Assembly: GCF_006345805.1 (NCBI RefSeq)
Contig: NC_043012.1
Location: 3,286,001-3,350,000 of the forward strand
DNA length: 64,000 bases
Direction: 5' to 3'
DNA from: Octopus sinensis
Lineage: Eukaryota
Of the stretch, positions 54,808 to 64,000 are shown piece by piece. Each line of letters starts with the position of its first letter. The first letter of the stretch is position 1. Under the pieces are notes generated by a model. That model saw only the letters and a program-made list of their open reading frames with translations, was not told the origin of the DNA and made no database searches. The position numbers and the translations under genes are program-made.

Positions 54808-54978
54808 GTAGTGTTTTCTTATTTATGGGAACAACTGGTGCCATTTACACGGGATGTTGAACAAATACGAATGGTTCTAAATAAAGTGGATGAATACAGT
54901 AAAACCTGCATTGAAACAGCATTGAGTGGAGTGAATTCAATCATAACCGAAGAGTGGAGCATATTTGCTACATCTCAG
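54808..54978 (+). CDS. INTS14: INTS14 second coding exon
   Basis: Acceptor tttatgcactcag; encodes VVFSYLWEQLVPFTRDVEQIRMVLNKVDEYSKTCIETALSGVNSIITEEWSIFATSQ; donor gtaagt; 171 nt, phase 0 to 0. Continues the INTS14 similarity (VVFSSLWELMVPFTRD...KTCLESAL). Confidence 0.95.
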
Positions 54979-56329
54979 GTAAGTTATTCTAAATTTATGA
55001 AACGCTTCTACGTACTTCCTATTTAGGAAATGGAACACATAAGCGCAAAAATAGAGGGCATTAAATGCTTGATTTTAAAACCAAAATAATTGAATTGTGA
55101 TTGAACTTCATGCAAGTTTAGCTTAATTCGCGCGTGCATAGAACGCATGAGCGCACGTACGTACATTGTGTAAGAAAGTATTGATTTTGCACTCGCAGAT
55201 TAATCGATTTTCCTCACTGCGATTAATAGTCACACAAAGCCGGGCAATACTGCTAGTTAAAAATAAAAGGAGAAATATTTTGATCCTGCCCCTCTTCTAT
55301 GTTTCAGATAGCTGAGTAATATTTTAAAATTTCATAGTTTCCTGGGCAATGGAACAAGACAGGAAACCCACTCCAGTTTGGTATTTCTCAAGAAAATTCT
55401 TTATACGAATTCCAATATTCTTTCAATTACTAGTAGCTTCCTCTTTCTTTCACCAAAAAAGCATGAAGCTTGAAAATACTTCCTAGTTGAAATGAATCAT
55501 ATAAAGTTCTGTTCAAATAACATGATGTGCTGCAATACGTTTAATTTGATTCACACTAACATCAATGAGAGGAACTTTATGTGTGGCTCAATTTCCTGGA
55601 AATAGCAGCCACACCTCCCTCGTACTACACCCTACTGTCTTAAAAATGGAAAGGCATTTTAGGTAATTAATCATTTGCAGGATTACTAGGATCTTTACCT
55701 AAATCATTGAGCTTAATAACTTCTCTCTGTGACACAATGTAATAATTAATAACTTCTCTGTGACACAAGGTCATTTAGTGAAGTTTTAGCTTGCATTGGC
55801 TTGAGCTCATCATCATCATCATTTAGTATCCGTTGTCCATGCTGGCATGGGTTGGACGTTTGACTAGGGCTGGCAAGCTGGAAGGCTGTACCAGACACCA
55901 GTCTGATTTGGCATGGTTTCTATGGCTGGATGCCCTTCCTAATGCCAACCACTCCAAGAGTGTAAAGGGTGCTTTTACATGCCACAAGCACAGGTGTCAT
56001 TTGTATGACACTGATATCTGCCATGACTGCAATTTTACTTGGCTTAATGGGTCTTCTTCTCAAGCACGGCATAATGCTACAGGTCTCAGTTATTGCCTCC
56101 ATGAGGCCCAACGCTCAAAAAGGAGTTTTTCACATGCCACCAGTATCAGCCACTTTGCCTCCACGAGGCCCAGAACTTGAAAGGTGCTTTTTATGTGCCA
56201 CTAGCATGGGTGCCAGTTACATGACACCAGCATCAGTCACAACTACAATTTCACTAGGCTTGACGGGTCTTTTCAAGCACAGAATATCACCAAAGGTTTT
56301 GATCACTAGTCATTGCCTCTGAGAGGCCC

Positions 56330-58375
56330 AAAGTTCAAAGTTCATGCTTCACCACCTCGTCCCATTTCTTCCTGTGTTTATGTCTACCACAGGTTCCCTC
56401 CACAGTTAGAGATCAGCACTTCTTTACACAGCTGTCCTCATCCAAATGCATCACATGATGATACCAGTGTAGTCATCTCTCTTGCACACCACATCTGATG
56501 CTTCTTATGCTCAACTTTGCTCTCACTCTGTCAAACATGTACACTGACACTGCACATCCAGCGAAGCATACTGGCTTTATTTCTTGCAAGCCTATGCATG
56601 TCCTCAGCTGTCACAGCCCATGTTTCACTTCTGTATAGCATAGATGTTCACACACAGGCATCATACAATCTGCCTTTCATTCTGAGCAAGAGGCCCTTTG
56701 TTGCCAGCAGAGGTAGAAGATCTCTGAACTTTGCCCAGCCTAATTCACCTCTGCTACCAACTTGGTCACCTAGATAACGGAAGCTATCTACTACCTCTAG
56801 GTTACCCCACTGCCACTTGTACAGGTACAATAAACATTTTCAATGTTTATTGTACCTGTGCATCTTCCACACGCAAAAGCTATTTTCCCTGTTAACCTTC
56901 CTCTGATATTGCTACACCTCTTATGTGTCCATAGCTTACACTGGGTATATCTATGGAGTTTCTACAGATTAAACAGGACCATCTACCTGAAGGGATTTGT
57001 GATTTGTCTGCCTTCCTACTTATTAAGACTTTGGTTTTTGCTAGGTTATCTCTAAGACCATTCAATTCTAGAACTTGCTTCCATACTTGGAACTTCTCTA
57101 GTTCTGGTAGTGATTTAGCTATACGAACAAGGTCATCAGCATGGAGGAGCTCCCAGGCTCCCTGTCTTAAATGTCTGTTATTGCCTGGAGGACTATGATG
57201 AACAAGAGGGGGCTGAGAACCGATTCTTGGTGAACCCTTGCTTGTACCCTGAATTCTTAGCTGTACTCGTTGCCAACCCTCACCTTACTGGCAGTACCCC
57301 TGTACATGTCTTGTACAGCTCTCACCAACCTCTTGTCTTTCCCTAGTTTCTGCATTGACCACCAAATAAGGGATTGGTGGACCTTGTCAAAGGCTTTCTC
57401 CAAGTCAATAAAAGCCAAGTACAAAGGTTTATCTTTGGCTAAGTATTTCTCCTGTAGCTGCCTTACCAGAAATAAAGCATCGGTGATGTTTCGCCCTGGC
57501 ACAAAACCAAACTGCATGGATTATGATCCTCTTCATAACTTTCATCACCTGATCCAACAATTTGATATCTTTGTAACTATTTCTATCTATGGCATCACCT
57601 TTATATTTGTAGCAGTTGACTATGGTACTGCTACACCAGTCAATGGGTATGAATCCTTTGTGAACCACCTGATTTACAATACAGGTGACTAGACCATAAC
57701 CCACACCACCAGATATTTTAAGCGTCTCAGTGGTTATTCCTGATGGGCCAGAGGCTTTCCCTGTCTTCATATCCTTAATTGCTTTATCTACCAAGGTACT
57801 GTCAATTTGGATAGCTGGTTCCTCAGTTCGGTCAACATTTGGCAGACTCTCCTCTTCCCATTCATTCTCTACATTCAACAGTCTTTCATAATAGCATTTC
57901 CAAGCCTCTTTCTTTGCAGAATCATTTAGAATCTTCACGAGGGACGGTCTTTGTATTTAAGAGCAACCATGCATCCCGCTGTCTAGTGAGAATGTAATCA
58001 ATTTGGTAAGCACAGTCACCTGATTGGTAGGTTATCAGGTGGCTGGCTGGCTGGCTTCCTGTAGTTGCTGTTGCATATCAAGAGGTTATTTGCATCATAA
58101 AACTCCAGTAGCCTTGTTCCCTCTTCATTTCGGGAACCAATTCCATGGCTCTCATGAATACCATGGAAGATACTGGGCTGCTGTCTGTTGTACCCATTGA
58201 AGATAGATCATTGTCACTTATCTTTGAGGTAGCCTGCAGAAGAGTATCATAAAAGTGGTCCTTCAGTTCATTTGGTAGTCCCGCTTGTGGGGCATAGGCA
58301 GAGATAATTATCACTATACTATTCTGCAAGACTAGCCTGAGCCTAAGTACTCTATTGCACAATGTGAGATGCTGG
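56330..58375 (-). mobile_element. Degraded RTE LINE (APE endonuclease and RT fragments) in an INTS14 intron
   Basis: IISAYAPQAGL, RNEEGTRLLEF, QFGFVPGRNITDALFLVRQLQEKYLAKDKPLYLAFIDLEKAFDKV, LEVVDSFRYLGD; contains frameshifts and deletions. Confidence 0.9.
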
Positions 58376-59007
58376 AAGAATCATCAGATCCATGCCACAG
58401 TAGAAACATTTATGTACAGATGGTGATGGTGGTGATGGTGGTGGTAGTGGTGATGATGATGACAGCTTTTTCATTCCCTGTTACATAAGATTTTCCATGC
58501 TAGCATTAGTTAGGTAAATATGTGATCAAGGCATTATTTCATGCTTGGATACTCATCATCATCATCCTATTACTATTTCTGTTTTAAAGTGTTATCTTTT
58601 ACCATTCATCGTTGGCCTATTTGCTTGGCTATGGGCGGTGATACTGATAGGAGAAATTACAACAGTATCACCGCCCATAGCCAAGCAAATTTTCAGTTAA
58701 GTGCAACTGTAAATATGTAAACACATACACGTTTGTGTAATTCTTATTTTCTCACTGACACTCTGATGACAGGAGTTGTCCCCCTTCATCTTAACCGTAT
58801 AGAACTGATTCACAGCTGAGACTGTGGTCGAAGTCATTTTCCATTTATTTGTTAGGTTGTCCTCCTCTGATCCAACTCCAGCTTAACCTAATGAAAAAGA
58901 GAGAAAGAGAAAATTATGAAGGCTATGCTTCAGTGTTTCAGCCATCATGACTAAGAATATCTTGTGGGTAAAACTAATTGAATATATATTGTGTATGTGT
59001 ATATATA

Positions 59008-59104
<97 letters not shown>

Positions 59105-59329
59105 CCCTCCCTTTCTCTCTCACTATCTCTCTCTCTCTTTATATATATATATAACAAGTGAATGTTGGTAGTGGGAAATGCCAGCCACAGAAAATGAGTG
59201 TCAAATGTTTGACCATGCAAGTGGGCTACACAGCTCCAACATTGGCGGCATCAACAATAGAGGTCGATAGTCTTCCCTGATGAGAGCTGGTTTCCACCTT
59301 GGATGGCAGAGGGTGTGGCGTAGGAGAGG

Positions 59330-59845
59330 TGAGCGCTACAGAGAGAGATGTGTGGGATGGCCAAAGTATCATGGTTTGAGGTACTGTAGGCATGAATCAG
59401 AGAATTAGGCCCCATGTGTTCCAAAATGTTGGTGCAGGCAGAGGGAATGGCATCACAGCCCAGCACTGTGTTGACCAGATCTTAAGACCTTACATCGTGC
59501 CCTTCTTTGCGCATCACCATAGCCGTGTCTTCCAGCAGGACAATGCTCCCTCCCACATGGTCAGGGTCACTATGGACTTCCTGCATCAGCACAACATCAG
59601 AACCATGCCATGGCTGGCACTCAGCCCAGATTTGAATCCAATTGAACACCTGTGGAATGAAATCCAGAGATGGCTGGACCAGGTGGTCCCAAGGCCGACA
59701 ACTTGTGTGGACATGGAGGCAGCTTTCCTTAGGGTGTGAGCATAGGTACCAGTGACTTTTGTGAACTGCCTCATGCACTCCATGTACCAACGGTGAATGG
59801 CCGTTTTGAACACTCAGGGAGGGGTGTACACGGTATTGAACATGT
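59330..59845 (+). mobile_element. Tc1-family transposase C-terminal fragment
   Basis: GQSIMV.G...VFQQDNAPSH...WLALSPDLNPIEHLWNEI. Confidence 0.88.
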
Positions 59846-60044
59846 CACACCCTATAATCTCGATGTGCTAGATCTGCCCACTACCAGAACACATGATAAT
59901 GACCCATAGATTGTAGTCAAAGTGCATCCAAGAAATTGAATTTATCAGGTTTATCAAAATTTATCTCTGCCATAAAGGAATTAAAACATATTCGATAGTC
60001 ACACACAGCTCGTATCTCTTTTGCGGTTCAGTGTATATATATGT

Positions 60045-60127
60045 AAGATAAGATAAGATAAGATAAGATAAGATAAGATAAGATAAGATAAGATAAGATA
60101 AGATAAGATAAGATAAGATAAGATAAG
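60045..60127. repeat. (TAAGA)n pentanucleotide microsatellite
   Basis: About 16 perfect copies. Confidence 0.95.
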
Positions 60128-61009
60128 AAAACAAAGCACTTACTTTAAACCACTTACTTTCATTTTGGAGGACAAACAAACAAATACACAGACAGAATGT
60201 CTCTTTTGAAGGCTGCACCAGGCTCCAGTCTTAACATTGACAGACAAGACTGGAGCCTGGTGCAGCCTTCTGGCTTCCCAGATCCCCGGTCAAACCGTCC
60301 AACCCATGCTAGCATGGAGAACGGACGTTAAAAGATGATGGTGATTATGTATGTATTATTTCATCATCAACATCATCGTCATCATTTAACGTCTGTTGTC
60401 CATGCTGGCATGGGTTGGACAGTGTGACCAGAGCTGGCAAACTGGCGGTGGAGGGAGGGGGGCACCAAACTTGCTTGATTTGACATGGTTTCTACGGCTG
60501 GATGCCCTTTCTAATAAATATATAGGCACAGGAGTGACTGTGTAGTAAGTAGCTTGCTTGCCAACCACATGGTTCTGGGTTCAGTCCTACTGCATGGTAC
60601 CTTGTACAAGTGTCTACTACTATAGCCTCGGGCCGAACAAAGCCTTGTGAGTGGATTTGGTAGATGGATGCTGAACGAAGCCCATCATCATCATCGTTTA
60701 ACATCCGTTTTCCATGCTGGCATGGGTTGGACGGATATATATCATCATCATCATCATATATATGTGTATGTGTTTGCGTGTCTGTGTTTGTCACCCCCCC
60801 ACCAACACTTGACAACTGATGTTGGTGTGTTTACATCCCAGTAACCCAGCAATTCAGCAAAAGAGACCGATAGAATAAGTCCTGGGGTTGATCTGTGCGA
60901 CTAGAGGTGGTGTTCCAGCATGGCTGCAGTCAAGATGACTGAAATGAATAAAAGAATGTGCGTGTGTGTATCATATTATTCTTTTCTTTTTCTGGCTTCA
61001 GCTAGAGGT

Positions 61010-61262
61010 TCAGGCCATGCTGGAGCACTGCCCTTCTGTGTTTTTGGGTCTCTTTCTTGTATTGTTTCTGGTGAAGAAACAAGTTGGGCAGAGCTGCTTT
61101 TTCTTTGTGCTGCTTTCCGTGATGTGGGTTCATCCAAGATTTCAGATAGAAATTTGTCCAGGTTATTTTTTAAGGTTTCCACACCTACACCTTGCAAACC
61201 TCTTAGATTCCTTGCCAGGATATTAAACAGATTTTGGTCCCCTGAAACCCATGCTGGCATGG
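61010..61262 (-). mobile_element. LINE 3'-end fragment (CR1/Jockey-type) abutting the transposase fragment
   Basis: LFNILARNLRGLQGVGVETLKNNLDKFLSEILDEP, resembling the FK..LDKFL..IPDQP tail of such elements. Confidence 0.55.
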
Positions 61263-61264
61263 TG

Positions 61265-61575
61265 CAGAGTCCTGTTGCCAGACAGGGTCTTCCAGCAGCC
61301 ACCCTCTTGATCCAGGGCAGCACTGCCTCCTCCAGGCACTTGATGTAGGCTTCCATGTTGAGTGTGAGGTCGTATGGGAAGATGAATGGAGGCATAAAGT
61401 TGCCATCTCTAGTGAACACTCCAAACACCACTATGTTGACTGGATGTTTGATTTTTATCACTCTTGGTAGATGTTTTGGGGACACGGCAAGCCAACAGTT
61501 GTTCTGTGTGTTCACCATCTGTTCATATTGGAGCTTCTGGCATGAATGCCAAGCAATATGGCATGTCATTTCCAA
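61265..61575 (-). mobile_element. Tc1/mariner-superfamily (maT-like) transposase fragment
   Basis: KHPVNIVVFGVFTRDGNFMPPFIFP...NMEAYIKCLEEAVLPWIKRVAAGRP, then WQQDSAPC after a frameshift. Confidence 0.75.
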
Positions 61576-62047
61576 ATTTCTGGCTTAGTGAATTGTGTGA
61601 TGGTGTTGTTTTTCTCACTACAGTGCCCAACTGACCCTACTATACTGTGTAGTTGACAAGATCAAAAACAAACAATGCACATGCGTGAAATTAAAAATAT
61701 AAACTGGCAACAATTTACCCGTCACATCCTGATTATGTGTGTGTGTATATATATATATGTGTGTGTGTGTATGTATATATATGTGTGTGTGTGTGCATGT
61801 ATGTATATATATAGTTAATCCCCAAAAAAACAAAGAAAAAACACAAGGAAAATCAACAACACAAGGATGTGGTACATGCAAAGTATTAACAGATGCTCAG
61901 GGAAGGCAAGAAAGGTAATTTTACGTTTCGAGCAAAGCTCTTCTTCAGAAGCAGGAGACAGAGGAAAGTCCCAGAGAAAAGGAAGACGGAGGAAAAAAAT
62001 CGCCAATGATCCACATGTAGTTACATTTTGAAATATGTATATATATA

Positions 62048-62074
<27 letters not shown>

Positions 62075-62078
<4 letters not shown>

Positions 62079-62223
62079 ATTATTAGAGAGTTACCACTAT
62101 GTGGATAGCTCTAGTGCTAAAAATAGCTCCGTTAGTATAGCCACAGAAAAGATGTGGCTATACTAACGGAGATATTTTTAGCACTAGAGCTATCCACATA
62201 GTGGTAACTCTCTAATAATTTAT
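62075..62223. repeat. Near-perfect palindrome (71-bp arms, 7-nt loop)
   Basis: One mismatch between the arms. Confidence 0.95.
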
Positions 62224-62319
62224 GTATAAATTTGTATTATCTCCCTAGTTTTACGTGCTAAGCCACTTAGTGTTAAATTAATGGTATTATTAAATTAATA
62301 TCAATTTTTCACCCTCATT

Positions 62320-62350
<31 letters not shown>

Positions 62351-63059
62351 CGTCGTCATCATCATCATCATTTTATGTCTGTTGTTCATGCTGGATTGGG
62401 TTTGACAGTTTGACTAGGGCTGGCAAGCTGGAAGGCTGCACTAGACTCCAGACTGATTTGGCATGGTTTCTACGGCTGGATGCCCTTCCTAACGCCAACC
62501 ACTCCGAGAGTGTAATGGGTGCTTTTACATGCCACAGGCACAGGTGCCATTTGCTTGACACTTGTATCTACCACGACTGCGGTTTTGCTCAACTTGATGG
62601 GTCTTCTTCTCAAGCACGACAGTTTCAGTCATTGCCTCCATGAGGCCAAACATTTGAAAGGTGCTTTTTATGTGCAACTAACATCAGCCATGACTGTGAT
62701 TTCATTTGGCTTGGTGGGTTCTCTCAAGCAGAGCACATTGCCAAATGTCTCGGTCAACAGTCATTTCCTCCTTGAGGCCCAAAGTTCAAAGATCATGCTT
62801 GATATATATATATATATATATAAACGACCTTCAAACCCACAAGAGTAAACAAGAGAGACAGAGACAGGCAGAAACAAGGAAAATGCCACTTGTATTTGAA
62901 CACTATACAAATATTCTTTTAAAAAAACTTTTTCTTTTAATTTTTCCAAATTTAATTGTTTTCCATACTTACAGTTGAAAAAGTCTCAATGACTGAAACT
63001 GGTACTGAAATGTTTTTTATAAAATTAATTTAGCATTTTCTATCTTGACTTTTTTTATC

Positions 63060-63134
<75 letters not shown>

Positions 63135-63476
63135 TATATCTCCCCTACTGTCCCTCTAGCGTCTAACGTCTGACCTCTGCCTGAAGTCAGAATGCCATGA
63201 TAGATCATTAGCTCCTACACACATTTTTTTCTCTCCTTGTTTTTTTCTGTGTATCTTTCTGTCGAAGAGCGTAGGCTCGAAATGTAAAAGACTTGTTCTA
63301 TTTCTATTCCTGAGCGCCATACTAATACATTTGTTTGTTTGTACTCCACCTGCCTTCATCTTTTGTTTATTTTCGTAAACCTTCCCGTTATATATATACA
63401 TACATACATACCTGTATAAACACAAACTCCTTTACTTCTGTAACATTTTCACTCTCCTTCTGGATTTGTTTTGCAG

Positions 63477-63868
63477 GTTCTGTTAATCACCGATGGTTGT
63501 TCTGGCGTTGGTCCCGGTTCTTTGTCTTATTCATTACAAAAGTATCACAAAAGAGAATCAAAGAACAACAGTGAGAAAGGGAGCTTCCCGTTACCTTTCA
63601 ACACAAGATGCAAACTGTATGTGATGTGCATTGCACCCCCATCAGATCCTAACCTCCGGGTTTCTCTGCCGCTCTTTCAAAAGCTGATTGACATCAATGG
63701 TTATGGCGGAGACATTTACACCCCGGATGCTGCCCTTTCTACAAAATCTGTCCAGCAGATGTTCCAGAGATTTGCCGATGACATCTTCTCTCCCTATGTT
63801 ATGACATTGACCTGTGGTCAGCTAAAATGTACAGTCCAGCTATATCCACCACCAGAACCTTATGAAAA
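63477..63868 (+). CDS. INTS14: INTS14 third coding exon (gene continues beyond the window)
   Basis: Acceptor tttgttttgcag; encodes VLLITDGCSGVGPGSLSYSL...FPLPFNTRCKLYVMCI...LTCGQLKCTVQLYPPPEPYE; donor gtaggt at 63869 (phase 2). Similar to INTS14 VVLVTDGCLGIGRGSL. Confidence 0.93.
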
Positions 63869-64000
63869 GTAGGTATTCTATTTTTGTTGCTTTTTTTTGT
63901 TTATTTCTTTTACATTACTGTTATTTTTTTGTTTTTTGTTGGTCAGCTTTTCCTTGCTTCCTATCCTCCTCTTTACTGTTATAACAGATATGGTACAGTG

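Overview
AT-rich animal genomic DNA packed with microsatellites, SINEs and LINEs. The repeat content suggests an octopus genome (inference). Plus strand: the 5' half of INTS14 (Integrator subunit 14/VWA9), with three coding exons at 51606-51767, 54808-54978 and 63477-63868; the gene continues past the window. Minus strand: an unnamed single-pass membrane-protein gene that I assembled from splice sites and exon phases. It has a TM exon, a Pro/Gln/Ser-rich cytoplasmic exon, two microexons of 16 and 7 nt that together keep the frame, and two further exons. Upstream lie a candidate signal-peptide exon and two phase-compatible ectodomain-like exons containing stop codons. Further upstream on the minus strand is a 9-Cys exon missed by the ORF track, which can splice into a 60-aa microprotein. 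The CpG-retaining middle region (about 36-50 kb) holds an inverted Penelope-type repeat with two hammerhead-like motifs, a Gypsy-like gag-pol fragment, a dense STAT/NF-kB-motif repeat array, a MITE and a CRE-like fragment. The rest is mariner/Tc1, RTE, CR1 and SINE remnants, a 36-bp minisatellite and several near-perfect hairpins. All gene models were made by eye with no expression data or database search, and repeat boundaries are approximate.
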